Origin: an uncultured Candidatus Entotheonella sp.
Lineage (GTDB): Bacteria; Tectomicrobia; Entotheonellia; Entotheonellales; Entotheonellaceae
DNA length: 64,000 nucleotides
Direction of reading: 5' to 3'
Assembly: GCA_965217185.1 (NCBI GenBank)
Contig: OZ244252.1
Location: 1,504,001 to 1,568,000, forward strand
The position numbers and the translations under genes are program-made. The notes below the pieces were generated by a model. It saw only the letters and a list, made by a program, of their open reading frames with translations, ran no database searches and was not told the DNA's origin. Position 1 is the first letter of the stretch; every line of letters starts with the position of its first letter. Below are positions 49,701 through 59,793 of the stretch, one piece after another.

Positions 49701-50570
49701 CTACTTATCCCCCAGCGGTTCATCGCCGCGGACGCGCCAAAATACCGCAAATCGCGGCTTGCCCGAAGCCGTGAACCCCTGATGCCTGAAGGTGATAGTG
49801 GTGCCAATGGGCGGCGGGTTCTTCCGTTCCTCATCAGAAAACCCACTGCCAATCTTCACGGTGATGCCTTGTTCCGTCCGCACCGTAACACTTCCCATCA
49901 AGCCAGCGAGCCTTCCCTTGCCGGGATTGTGAGCAATCACGATTCCCTCCGCGTCGTCGAAACGTTTGAGTTTCAACAGGTCCATGCTGCGCCCGCCATG
50001 GTAGCGGGAATCGCCACGATGCAGCATCAACCCCTCGCCGCCGTTGGCGACGACGGCGTCCAGTGTTTCCATCAACGCCTTGTGGTCCGGCATTTTGTAC
50101 TGCGGAACAATGGCAAGAAATTTGTTCGGCGACGTAGCTACGGCGGCACGTAAGTTTTGCAGCCGCACGTCAAACGTGCCGGGGTCCTCGGGCAGATCAA
50201 AGACCATGTAGCGTACCCATCGCCAGCCGTCGTGCGGCGTGTGGCGGGATACGATGGAAGCGGTCTCTTCAAACTGCCCGCGCCCGACCCATAGTTCGCC
50301 ATCCAGTGGGATCGGCGGGAAATCAGCGGTGAACCAGGACGGTGCCGCGAAGGCATTACCACCGCGGGAAATCAACTGGGTGCCGTCCCAAAACGCCCGC
50401 ACGCCGTCCAATTTCTCGCTCACCCAATAAGCAGTCAGATCGATGTCCTCGTGGTATTTTTCAGCGAGAAGAAGCGCCGGCTTGTCTTCGGCGGCAACCG
50501 TCGCCAGAAGAGACACCACAATCAGGGACACAACGAGCGTAATCGACGGCCTGAACAAAACGCGCCTCAT
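49701..50570 (-). CDS. minimal ATP-dependent DNA ligase with signal peptide (Lig E type)
   Basis: SEKLDGVRA, LDGELW, YMVFD, EGLML and LLKLK motifs; hydrophobic N-terminus ending VAA. Confidence 0.9.
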   Translation of the reverse strand: MRRVLFRPSITLVVSLIVVSLLATVAAEDKPALLLAEKYHEDIDLTAYWVSEKLDGVRAFWDGTQLISRGGNAFAAPSWFTADFPPIPLDGELWVGRGQFEETASIVSRHTPHDGWRWVRYMVFDLPEDPGTFDVRLQNLRAAVATSPNKFLAIVPQYKMPDHKALMETLDAVVANGGEGLMLHRGDSRYHGGRSMDLLKLKRFDDAEGIVIAHNPGKGRLAGLMGSVTVRTEQGITVKIGSGFSDEERKNPPPIGTTITFRHQGFTASGKPRFAVFWRVRGDEPLGDK

Positions 50571-50786
50571 AATTTCAATTCCCTCCAGAAAGTCAGCCGC
50601 CGCATGAAGATTCAAACCGTTTGATTGTAACGGGGGGCGGGGTGGTTGGGACAGCCGGATAATGGCACCGTGCCAGTAAGTGTACCCGCAAGGCGGCACG
50701 TGTGAAAATGCCCGGGCCCTCCGGTATGATGGCGACCATCTCACAGTCAACCACAGTCATGGAAGAAGAAATAGAGGAGACGAGGC

Positions 50787-51533
50787 ATGGGACGTTTGGA
50801 TGGCAAGGTAGCCGTGATTTCCGGCGCGGCGCGCGGGCAGGGTGTAGCGGAAGCGGAGTTGTTCGCCCGCGAAGGCGCCCGCGTGGTGCTCACCGACGTG
50901 CTGGTGGAAGAGGGACAACAGGCTGCCGACCGCATACGCGCGGCGGGCGGCGAGGCGCTGTTCGTCAAGCTTGACGTCAGCAGCCCGGAAGAATGGAACG
51001 AGGTGGTGCGGCACACGGTGCAGACGTATGAGCGGCTCGACATCCTGGTCAACAACGCCGGCATCGCGGTGCGCGGTGGCGTCGAGAGCACCCCGGTCGA
51101 GGAGTGGGACCGCTGCCTGGACATCAACGCCAAAGGGGTGTTTCTTGGCATGAAGTACGCCATCCCCGCCATGCTGCAAAACGGATCGGGATCGATCATC
51201 AACATTTCCTCAACCAGCGGCATCGTCGGCTTTCCAGGCGGCACCGCCTACCACGCCTCCAAGGGCGCCGTGCGCATCATGACCAAGGCCGCGGCGGCGG
51301 AATACGCCCAGCGCGGCGTGCGGGTCAATTCGCTGCACCCCGGCATCATCAAGACCGCGATGACCGACAACATGGCTGACGACCGCACCGCCGGGATCAT
51401 CGACCGCACCCCCATGGGCCGCAAGGGCACGCCGATGGAAATCGCCTACGGCGCTCTGTTTCTGGCCTCGGACGAATCGTCGTTCGTCACCGGCGCCGAG
51501 TTGGTCATCGACGGCGGCATGACGGCCGTCTGA
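50787..51533 (+). CDS. SDR family oxidoreductase (glucose-1-dehydrogenase/3alpha,20beta-HSD-like)
   Basis: [12 protein letters not shown] and YHASK motifs. Confidence 0.92.
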   Translation: MGRLDGKVAVISGAARGQGVAEAELFAREGARVVLTDVLVEEGQQAADRIRAAGGEALFVKLDVSSPEEWNEVVRHTVQTYERLDILVNNAGIAVRGGVESTPVEEWDRCLDINAKGVFLGMKYAIPAMLQNGSGSIINISSTSGIVGFPGGTAYHASKGAVRIMTKAAAAEYAQRGVRVNSLHPGIIKTAMTDNMADDRTAGIIDRTPMGRKGTPMEIAYGALFLASDESSFVTGAELVIDGGMTAV

Positions 51534-51559
51534 ACCACTCCAACCTCCAGGGAGACATC

Positions 51560-52753
51560 ATGACCACGAACAACGGCGCCCTGCCCCTTTCCCGTTTCAC
51601 CGTTTTGGATCTCACCCGCGTGCGGGCCGGCCCGACCTGCGTGCGCCAACTGGCCGACTGGGGCGCCAATGCCATCAAGATCGAACTACCCGAGTCGGTG
51701 GAGGGCAACGCCGCCCTCGGCGGCCCGCGGCACGGTTCCGATTTCCAGAACCTGCACCGCAACAAGAAAAGCATCACCCTCAACCTGAAGGCGCCGGAAG
51801 GGCTGAAACTGTTCAAGCGCTTGGTCGAGAAAGCCGACGTGGTGGTGGAGAACTATCGTCCGGACGTGAAGCACCGCCTGGGGGTGGATTACGAATCGCT
51901 GTGCACGATCAACCCCCGCCTGGTTTACGGCAGTATCTCCGGTTTCGGCCAAGACGGGCCGTACCACGACCGTCCCGGCTTCGATCAGATCGCGCAGGGC
52001 ATGGGCGGGTTGATGTCCATCACCGGGCTGCCCGGCCAGGGGCCGGTGCGTGCCGGCGTGCCCATTGCCGACCTGTGCGCCGGGCTGTCGTGCGCCCTGG
52101 GCATTCTCACCGCGTTGCTCGAACGCGAGGTCACCGGCAAGGGTCAGTGGGTGCAGGCGTCGTTGCTGCAGGCGCAGATTTTCATGCTGGATTTCCAGGC
52201 GGCGCGCTGGCTGCTGGAGAAGGAGGTGCCGCCGCAGGCCGGCAACAACCACCCCACCAGCATTCCAACCGGCGTGTTCAAAACGGCGGACGGCCACATC
52301 AACATCGCCTCAGCCGGCGAGGCCATCTGGCAGCGCCTCTGCAAGGCCATCGAAGCGCCAGAACTGCTGGACGACGCCTGGTTTGCCGACGGCGCCGCGC
52401 GTTCCCGCAATCGTGACGCCCTCAATGCGGCCCTCGAGAGCCGCACGCAGGTCTACCCCAGCGACGCGCTCATCGCGCTGCTCAACACGGCCGGGGTACC
52501 GTGTGGACCCATTTACGCCGTCGATCAAGTCTTCCAGGACCCGCAGGTGGAGCATCTCGCCATGGCGCAACCCGTCCATCACCCGGAACTTGGCGATATC
52601 GAACTGGTCGGCCAGCCGTTCACCCTCAGCCGCCACAGCAGCAAGCTGCGAACGGCCACCCCGGCGCGCGGTCAGAACACCGCCGAGGTGCTGGGCGAGT
52701 TGGGTCTCACCGCCGAGGAAATCGAGGATCTGCAAGCTCGGCAAGTCGTGTAA
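51560..52753 (+). CDS. family III CoA-transferase (CaiB/BaiF)
   Basis: VLDLT...AGP, HRNKKS, ENYRP and SISGFGQDGPY motifs. Confidence 0.93.
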   Translation: MTTNNGALPLSRFTVLDLTRVRAGPTCVRQLADWGANAIKIELPESVEGNAALGGPRHGSDFQNLHRNKKSITLNLKAPEGLKLFKRLVEKADVVVENYRPDVKHRLGVDYESLCTINPRLVYGSISGFGQDGPYHDRPGFDQIAQGMGGLMSITGLPGQGPVRAGVPIADLCAGLSCALGILTALLEREVTGKGQWVQASLLQAQIFMLDFQAARWLLEKEVPPQAGNNHPTSIPTGVFKTADGHINIASAGEAIWQRLCKAIEAPELLDDAWFADGAARSRNRDALNAALESRTQVYPSDALIALLNTAGVPCGPIYAVDQVFQDPQVEHLAMAQPVHHPELGDIELVGQPFTLSRHSSKLRTATPARGQNTAEVLGELGLTAEEIEDLQARQVV

Positions 52754-52842
52754 TGGGGAGAGCGCTGTTGGTGTGCTATGATGCCCGGCGCTTTTCACAT
52801 ACCTGAACTGAATACGCACCAATCCCCGTGGAAGGAAACGAT

Positions 52843-53127
52843 ATGCCCAGATACGTCATCGAGCGGGCCATTCCCGACATTGGCTCGGCCGAGCGCGAAG
52901 CCCTCCGCGACGCGTCGCAGAAATCCAACAGCGTTCTCGCCGCCATGAAGGCCGAGAACAAGAACATCCAGTGGGAACACAGCTACGTGGCCGGCGACCG
53001 CACCTTTTGCGTCTACATCGCCGACGACGAAGCGCTCATTCACGAACACGCCGAGCGCAGCGGCTTTCCGGCCACGGTGGTGACCCCGGTTCGCAAGATG
53101 ATCGACCCCGTCACTGCTGAAGGCTGA
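52843..53127 (+). CDS. DUF4242 family protein
   Basis: MPRYVIER.IP, W.HSYV..D.TFCVY.A and HA..SGFPA motifs. Confidence 0.85.
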   Translation: MPRYVIERAIPDIGSAEREALRDASQKSNSVLAAMKAENKNIQWEHSYVAGDRTFCVYIADDEALIHEHAERSGFPATVVTPVRKMIDPVTAEG

Positions 53128-53260
53128 CAGCACCAATCGGCATGGGCGGGTCGGCGTATCAGCCCTGCCCTGCCGGTTTAATCCTCCTCCGTAATCCTGC
53201 CCACTTTATGGCATTCTTACACGCCTCGCCTACCTCGCCTGAGCATGCAGGAGAGCGCCA

Positions 53261-54178
53261 ATGAAGCCTTACCGTTCTGTCCTCTTCGTGCCGGGAAACC
53301 GCCCCGACTGGATCGACAAGGCTCCCAGGTTTGGCCCGGACGCCTTGATTATTGACCTGGAGGATGCCGTACCCGTTGCCGACAAGCTCGCCACGCGACC
53401 CATCGTGCGGGCTGGTATTGAACGCTCGCGCGAGCGCGGCATGCCGATTGTCGTGCGGGTGAATGGTTTGTCGACCGGGCTGACGGCTGAAGACGTGGAG
53501 GCGGTGGTAACCGAGGGCGTGGTGGCCATTGTCGTGCCCAAGTTGGAGCACCCGGAGGAACTGCTCAAAGTCGATGCCTGGATCGAGTTCTGCGAGCGCA
53601 AGGCCGGGTTGCCGGTCGGCGGCATCGAAATCATGGCGCTGCCGGAAACCGCTCGCGGCATCCTGAAAGCCTACGAACTCGCCACCGCCTGTCCGCGGGT
53701 TGGCAACGTCATCGGTGGCGGCGGCTCGCGCTCCGGGGACGTGGCGCAGGCCATCGGCTACAAGTGGACCCGCCCCGGCCTGGAAACCCTGTACATGGCC
53801 TCGCATGTCTTGTTGGCCAACCGCGCTGCGGGCATTGCCTATCCGATTGCCACCGGCTCCCTCGAAGTTGGTGATTTGGAACTGGTGCGGGCGCAATTGG
53901 AGCGGGCGCGCGAGATCGGCTATCGGGGGGCGCTGCTGATTCACCCCGCCGCGGTGCCCATCGCCAACGAGGTGTTCGCGCCCAGCCGCGAGGAAATCGA
54001 CTGGAACAAGGGGGTTTTGCGGACCATGGCGGCGGCCGAACAGCAAGGCCGCGCCGCCACGACGTACGACGGCATGATGATCGACTACGCCCACGTGCGG
54101 AATGCTTTGGACCTGCTGCAGCAGGCGGAGGCGTTCGGCATCGAGGTGGGAGATTACCCGCACGTCAAGGCGCTGTGA
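53261..54178 (+). CDS. CitE/HpcH family CoA ester lyase
   Basis: RSVLFVPG, IDLEDAV, VRVN, IHP and MID motifs. Confidence 0.9.
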   Translation: MKPYRSVLFVPGNRPDWIDKAPRFGPDALIIDLEDAVPVADKLATRPIVRAGIERSRERGMPIVVRVNGLSTGLTAEDVEAVVTEGVVAIVVPKLEHPEELLKVDAWIEFCERKAGLPVGGIEIMALPETARGILKAYELATACPRVGNVIGGGGSRSGDVAQAIGYKWTRPGLETLYMASHVLLANRAAGIAYPIATGSLEVGDLELVRAQLERAREIGYRGALLIHPAAVPIANEVFAPSREEIDWNKGVLRTMAAAEQQGRAATTYDGMMIDYAHVRNALDLLQQAEAFGIEVGDYPHVKAL

Positions 54179-54301
54179 GGGCAGCGGAACCGGCATCCCG
54201 GTTTGCATTGAAACGGACATTCGTATAGGGTATTTGCCCCGCACAAACAGGCAGCCTGCAGGCGTGGGCGCGACATCACTTTGCAAGGGAAAGGACATGG
54301 C

Positions 54302-54529
54302 ATGGCAGGGGTGGGTTGGATCATTATGGGCATCGGATTCGCGATTCAGGTCCTTGTCCCGGTGGGCCTCTTTGGCAGGCCGACAGGGCTCATATTCGGC
54401 ATTCCGACACAACTGGCCTTTGTGTTCGGAGGCACGTGGATCCTCGTGATCGGCCTGATCATCGTGTACAGCACTTGGCTTATGCCGTATGCCAGACAGC
54501 TCGACGCGAGCGTGGAAGCGGATAACTGA
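54302..54529 (+). CDS. small 2-TM membrane protein, probable SSS symporter accessory subunit
   Basis: Two TM helices with IFGIP, directly upstream of an SSS gene. Confidence 0.65.
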   Translation: MAGVGWIIMGIGFAIQVLVPVGLFGRPTGLIFGIPTQLAFVFGGTWILVIGLIIVYSTWLMPYARQLDASVEADN

Positions 54530-54635
54530 GGGGCCGAACGTGGCGGATTCGGGGCGGCCGGTGTCGCGAACATTACGCAGCCGACGCTCGGAATCAGGGC
54601 TTACCAGGGATCAATAACTGGAAGGAATATCGGAT

Positions 54636-56141
54636 ATGAGCGTTGTTTCCTTTACCATCCTTTTGCTGGCCGTTTATCTTATCGGGCTGAAATTCCTCTC
54701 CTACTTTGCGCACCGTATTTCCACCCGCGCGTCCGAGGATTATTTCCTGGCCAGCCGCAACATCGGCTTACTGGCCCTGATCGGCACGACGATGGCCAGC
54801 ATCTTTTCCACTGGTACCGTGGTGTCATCGCCGTCGGAATTCTACCGGCAGGGCTCCAGCTATTTCTTTGTGTTCTTCTTTGCCTTCATGCCGGTGGTGT
54901 ACTTTTTCCTGGCCACCAAGATGTGGCGGCTGGGCAAGGCGAAGGGCTACATCACCCCCGGCGACATGCTGGGCGACTTCTACAAAAGCAAGCCGGTCGT
55001 CTTCTGGTGCGCGGCCATCGGCCTGATGGCCGTGCTGCCCTACGCGGTGGCGCAGCTCGTCGCCATCGGCAAGACTTTCGAGGCCCTCACCGACGGCATC
55101 ATTTCGTATAACGTGGGCGTCACGGTGGTGTCGATTTCCATCGCTCTTTATATGTACTTCGGCGGTGCCCGCGCCGTCGTGTGGACGGACATGATCCAGG
55201 GCTTTATTTTCGCCACCTTGTTGATCGTCGCCGGCATCCTGGTCGTCAAATGGTCGGGCGGCTGGCAGCCGATGATCGGCACCCTGACGAATGACTATGC
55301 CGCCAAGGCCTCTTTCGAGGGCAAGCTGACGTGGCGATACTACGAGCTGGGGCTGCTGCCCCTGTCATTCTCGTTCCTACCCTACCTGTGGCAACGCATG
55401 TATATGGCAAAGTCCGCTTCCCACGTGGCCAAGAACCTGATGGCGGTGCCGATCATATTCGTGGTGCTGTTCTTTACCACTTGGGTCATCGGAACATCGG
55501 CGCACGTGATTCTGCCGGACGGCCTGCAGGATGCCGATAGCGTTCTGGGCGCGCTGTTCAAAGACAATCTGCCCTACTTCGGCGCCATGCTGCTAGTGGC
55601 CGCCTTCGCGGCAGGCATGTCCACCGTGGACAGCCAACTGCTGTCAGCCGGCTCGCTGATCACCCACGACATCGGCGGAATTCTGCGCGGCGAGCGCCGC
55701 GAGAGCGTGGCAATTTTCACCTTCGGCAAATGGTCCACGGTGTTCCTGATGGCTGCCCTCTACCTGTGGAGCCTCAACCTCAAGTCGGCCTCCATTTTGA
55801 ACCTGATCATCCTGGGCATCAGCCTGACGATCATCTACATCCCGAGCGTTTTCGGCATGTTCTACTGGAAGAAAGCCACACCGATGGGCGCCGCTTGGTC
55901 GATGGGCGGCGGTTTGGTCTTTTTCCTCATCAAGCAATTCGAGATCTTCGGCCTGGACGCTTGGCTGCCGGGACCGCTGGGTTCCATTTCATACGGTCTG
56001 GCAGCGTCGATCTTCTTCTTTGTGGTGGTCAGCCTGCTTACCAGCAACGCCAGGATCCGCGACATGCAGGAAGAGTACGACACTATCCTGGGCGTGACGT
56101 CGGCCGCAAGCCCGGCTGCCACCCCCAGCCCGGCAGACTAG
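54636..56141 (+). CDS. sodium:solute symporter family protein
   Basis: EDYFLASR, GGARAVVWTD.IQG and AAGMSTVDSQL motifs. Confidence 0.93.
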   Translation: MSVVSFTILLLAVYLIGLKFLSYFAHRISTRASEDYFLASRNIGLLALIGTTMASIFSTGTVVSSPSEFYRQGSSYFFVFFFAFMPVVYFFLATKMWRLGKAKGYITPGDMLGDFYKSKPVVFWCAAIGLMAVLPYAVAQLVAIGKTFEALTDGIISYNVGVTVVSISIALYMYFGGARAVVWTDMIQGFIFATLLIVAGILVVKWSGGWQPMIGTLTNDYAAKASFEGKLTWRYYELGLLPLSFSFLPYLWQRMYMAKSASHVAKNLMAVPIIFVVLFFTTWVIGTSAHVILPDGLQDADSVLGALFKDNLPYFGAMLLVAAFAAGMSTVDSQLLSAGSLITHDIGGILRGERRESVAIFTFGKWSTVFLMAALYLWSLNLKSASILNLIILGISLTIIYIPSVFGMFYWKKATPMGAAWSMGGGLVFFLIKQFEIFGLDAWLPGPLGSISYGLAASIFFFVVVSLLTSNARIRDMQEEYDTILGVTSAASPAATPSPAD

Positions 56142-56159
56142 AGGCGCGAAGGAGAACGC

Positions 56160-56513
56160 ATGGAATCGCAACGTGACAGCAACGTCGGCGTGTACTTCAT
56201 CGCCATGATCTTCATTGGTCTGGCCATTGGCGGCATCATCGCCGTGAACCAGACCGGCGGCTATTGGGACCGCTTCTGCGCCGAGCGCACGGACATCGAG
56301 GCCTGCCAGATGATGGCTGAGAATCGGCAAAAGGCGATGAGGGAACTCATCAAGCTGGGCGACAAGCACGGCTCGCACGCCGCTATACCCGGCCTGCCAC
56401 CGGTTGAGGAAGCGATGGAAGAACCGGAAGTCGACGTCACGCCGACGGAAGCGGCCGCCGAAGAGATGGAGGGCGGCGCCTCGCCGGCGGAACCGGCAGT
56501 GGAAGAAAACTGA
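56160..56513 (+). CDS. hypothetical membrane-anchored protein with an acidic tail
   Basis: AAGGAG RBS, one TM segment, a Cys pair and a Glu-rich C-terminus. Confidence 0.7.
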   Translation: MESQRDSNVGVYFIAMIFIGLAIGGIIAVNQTGGYWDRFCAERTDIEACQMMAENRQKAMRELIKLGDKHGSHAAIPGLPPVEEAMEEPEVDVTPTEAAAEEMEGGASPAEPAVEEN

Positions 56514-56540
56514 GCAGTACAAGACTGGAGGGATGGAGCC

Positions 56541-56864
56541 ATGTACGTCCTCAAACGGGTTTTTCAAGTGCAACGCGGCCAGGAATGGAAGGCCGCCGCC
56601 CTGGCCACCAAGATTGCCGCCGCCTACGAGGCGGAGGGCCGCAATCCGTCCAGCGTCTACATCGGCGGCACCGGGCTGCCCGGCGAGCCCGGCATGGTGT
56701 TCGTGGAGTGGACGCAGGATACCATTGAGCCGAACCGCTACTCCAACGTGCCCAAGGCCGTGTTCGAGCTCGTCAAGGAGATCCGCCCGATTCAGGAGGA
56801 TACCTGGATCGAGTTTTACGAGCTGGTCACCCCGGAGAAGCTGCAAGACCGCGGGGTGTCCTGA
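56541..56864 (+). CDS. hypothetical protein (dimeric alpha+beta barrel-like pattern)
   Basis: 107-aa ORF with GGAG RBS and host-like codon usage. Confidence 0.7.
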   Translation: MYVLKRVFQVQRGQEWKAAALATKIAAAYEAEGRNPSSVYIGGTGLPGEPGMVFVEWTQDTIEPNRYSNVPKAVFELVKEIRPIQEDTWIEFYELVTPEKLQDRGVS

Positions 56865-56876
56865 TTTCGGTTTCAT

Positions 56877-56912
56877 TTCCGCCCGCACGCCTTGGGTGGC
56901 TTGCGGGCGGAA
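56877..56912. terminator. hairpin downstream of the operon
   Basis: TTCCGCCCGCA / TGCGGGCGGAA 11-bp inverted repeat. Confidence 0.5.
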
Positions 56913-57096
56913 CTGCGAAGCCGCCGTGCTGTTGATCGAGTCCTATCCTTCAGCGCCTACCTGATACTGACCCGTTAGGGTACTTTCCAACCCATAGAGC
57001 GTGCCAACTCTGGAAACCTGTATCCTGTGACGAATAAGGCGCCCGTCGGAAGAATGTTCAGCGGGCGGACAACAACGCTTTTCCACGGAGTCAGAC

Positions 57097-57558
57097 ATGT
57101 TTCGAGGGCGTAGAGGCGTTGTGTGGGGCCTGGTTGCGGTGGCCTGCATGGGTGTGCCGTCCTTCGCGGACGCTGAGCCGCAGAGCGCCGCGTTGATGGC
57201 GCCGGTGATGGTGGGCGTTATATCGGGGGAGGTGTCAACACGCACCGAGGTGTTGCGGGAATTGCTGTCGCAGTATTACCGATTGGTGCCGCAGGACCAG
57301 GTGCAAGCTGCCGAAGCCCGCGCCACAAGCGCCGGGTGCGACGGAACGGAGGCGTGCATGGCGGAAGTTCGGCAGGCGTTGGGCGTTGATGTTGTCTACT
57401 ACCTTTACATCGACGATCAGGGCTATGTCGATCCGGTTCACCTGACGCGCCTCGGCAACGCCGGCGTCGTCAAGCAATACACCCAATGCAACCGCTGCAC
57501 GCGCCGGCTCTATCGCAGAATACTGGATGAACTTTTGCGCGCCGCACACGCCCCATAG
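57097..57558 (+). CDS. hypothetical exported protein with Cys pairs
   Basis: Signal-peptide-like N-terminus; C.GTEAC and CNRC. Confidence 0.6.
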   Translation: MFRGRRGVVWGLVAVACMGVPSFADAEPQSAALMAPVMVGVISGEVSTRTEVLRELLSQYYRLVPQDQVQAAEARATSAGCDGTEACMAEVRQALGVDVVYYLYIDDQGYVDPVHLTRLGNAGVVKQYTQCNRCTRRLYRRILDELLRAAHAP

Positions 57559-57632
57559 GGCAAGGTTCCTGCTTGCCCCGCCTTGTGCCCTGCCCTGCGA
57601 TGTCAACGTGCCGCCAATGGAAAGGGAATACT

Positions 57633-58826
57633 GTGAGCAAAACCACCCTCACCTGGTCCGAAGAATTGTCCGCCCGCCACGATGACCTCGTCACCTTGCG
57701 GCGCGACTTCCATCGCCATCCCGAACTCAGCAATCAGGAACATCGCACCGCTCAAATTATCGCCGAACGCCTGCACGCCGCGGGTCTGGACGTGCGTACC
57801 GGCATGGGCGGCAGCACGGCGGTGGTCGGTGTCCTGCATGGTGACCAGCCCGGTAGGACCATCGCCTGGCGCGCCGACATCGACGCCTTGCCGCTGACCG
57901 AAATTCTGGACACACCCTTTACCTCTGGCACCCCTGGGATCATGCACGCCTGCGGACACGACGGGCACGTGGCCATCGGCATCACGTTGGCGGAACTGCT
58001 GGCCGCTCGCCGCGCCGAAATGCCGGGAACCGCCGTGCTTCTCTTCCAGCCGGCGGAGGAAGTGTTCGGCGGCGCCCGCCCCATGATCCAGGCCGGCGCG
58101 CTCGAAAACCCGCACGTCGAGCAGGTCTACGGCTTGCACCTGACCACCCAGACGCCGGGCGGGCACGTGGCGGTACGCTCCGGCCCGTGCATGGCGTCGG
58201 CCGACTTCTTCGACATCGAGGTTCGCGGCAAGGGCGGCCACGGCGCCTTTCCCCACCTGTCGAAGGATCCGATCACCGTCGCCGCCAACATCCTGCTGGG
58301 CATGCAGAACCTGGTATCGCGCGAGGTAGCCGCCAAGGAGCCGGCGGTGCTGACCGTCGGGCAGATCGTCTCCGGCACCAAGCACAACATCATCCCGGTC
58401 ACCGCCACCCTGCGCGGCTCGCTGCGCACTTTCAACGCGGAAGTCCGCGAGCAGGTCATGGAACGCCTGGGGGCCTTTGTCACCAACATCGCGCACGCCT
58501 ATGAGGCCGAGGCGCACCTGTCCTTCGCCGACGAGGGCTGCCCGACCGTGGTTAACCATGACAACGAGTCGGCCTTCGTACATCGCTGCGCCGTTGAGGA
58601 AGTGGGCGCCGATTGCGTCGGCGAGGCCGACATGATGATGGGCAGTGACGACATGAGTCTGTTCCTGGAAGAACGCCCGGGATGCTACTTCCGGGTCGGC
58701 ATTGCGCCAAATGACGGCATCCAACGCCCGCACCACGCGCCGGAGTTCGAGATGAACGAGATCGGCCTGCCCGTCGGCCTGCGGGTGGCGCTCAACGTGA
58801 TGCTGAATGCCTTGTCCACGCCCTGA
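57633..58826 (+). CDS. M20D family amidohydrolase
   Basis: RRDFHRHPELS, RADIDAL, MHACGHD, QPAEE and HH motifs. Confidence 0.93.
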   Translation: MSKTTLTWSEELSARHDDLVTLRRDFHRHPELSNQEHRTAQIIAERLHAAGLDVRTGMGGSTAVVGVLHGDQPGRTIAWRADIDALPLTEILDTPFTSGTPGIMHACGHDGHVAIGITLAELLAARRAEMPGTAVLLFQPAEEVFGGARPMIQAGALENPHVEQVYGLHLTTQTPGGHVAVRSGPCMASADFFDIEVRGKGGHGAFPHLSKDPITVAANILLGMQNLVSREVAAKEPAVLTVGQIVSGTKHNIIPVTATLRGSLRTFNAEVREQVMERLGAFVTNIAHAYEAEAHLSFADEGCPTVVNHDNESAFVHRCAVEEVGADCVGEADMMMGSDDMSLFLEERPGCYFRVGIAPNDGIQRPHHAPEFEMNEIGLPVGLRVALNVMLNALSTP

Positions 58827-58846
58827 AACGGGACTTCCCCCCTGCC

Positions 58847-59776
58847 ATGAACGATGCTATCCGACCGCCTTGGTTTGACGCCGGAGCGCAGCCGGACCGC
58901 CCCGCCGGCGACCGCCTGCGAGCGCTGCTGCGCAGGCCGGGCATTGTCGGCGTGCCGGGCGCGCACGACGCGCTGTCGGCACGGCTTGCCCAACGGGCCG
59001 GTTTCGAGGCGCTGTACCTGTCCGGGGCAGCGCTCAGTGCCTCGATGGCGCTGCCGGACCTCGGCGTCATCACCCTGGAAGAACTCTGCCACGCCACCCG
59101 TCAACTGGTGCGCGCTACCGGCCTGCCGGTCCTTGTGGACGGCGACACCGGCTACGGCGAAGCGCTCAACGTCATGCGCCTGGTGCGCGAACTGGAGGAC
59201 GCCGGCGCCGCCGCGGTGCAGATCGAAGATCAGGTGTTGCCGAAGAAGTGCGGGCATCTCAACGACAAGCGGTTGGCCGACGCCGACGACATGGCGCGCA
59301 AAATCGCCGCTGCCCGGCGCGCCCGGACGCATCTGCAAATCATCGCCCGCACCGACGCCGCATCGTCGAGTCTCGACGACGCCATTCAACGTGCCCGCCT
59401 CTATCGCGCGGCCGGTGCCGACATCATTTTCCCCGAAGCGTTGACGTCGGATGACGACTTTCGCGTCTTTGCGGCCGCGGTCGAGGGTCCCCTACTCGCC
59501 AACATGACCGAATTCGGTCGCACCCCGTACCGTGCGGCCAAGGACTTCGAAGCGCTGGGTTTCAAGCTGGTCATCTGGCCGGTGTCGTCGCTACGGGTAG
59601 CAGCCAAAGCCGTTGCCGATGTGTACGCCCATCTGGCCGCCACCGGCGAGACAGCGGGCATGTTGGGACGCATGCTGACGCGGGCGGAGCTTTACGAAAC
59701 GCTGGGCTACCACGACTTTGAGGCCCTCGATCAATCCATTGCCGCCAGCGTGGTGCCAACGCCCCCCGAGGCGTGA
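58847..59776 (+). CDS. prpB: 2-methylisocitrate lyase
   Basis: LPDLG, DGDTGYG, EDQ..PKKCGHL and ANMTEFGRTP motifs. Confidence 0.9.
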   Translation: MNDAIRPPWFDAGAQPDRPAGDRLRALLRRPGIVGVPGAHDALSARLAQRAGFEALYLSGAALSASMALPDLGVITLEELCHATRQLVRATGLPVLVDGDTGYGEALNVMRLVRELEDAGAAAVQIEDQVLPKKCGHLNDKRLADADDMARKIAAARRARTHLQIIARTDAASSSLDDAIQRARLYRAAGADIIFPEALTSDDDFRVFAAAVEGPLLANMTEFGRTPYRAAKDFEALGFKLVIWPVSSLRVAAKAVADVYAHLAATGETAGMLGRMLTRAELYETLGYHDFEALDQSIAASVVPTPPEA

Positions 59777-59793
59777 GACGAAGGAGCCCGACC

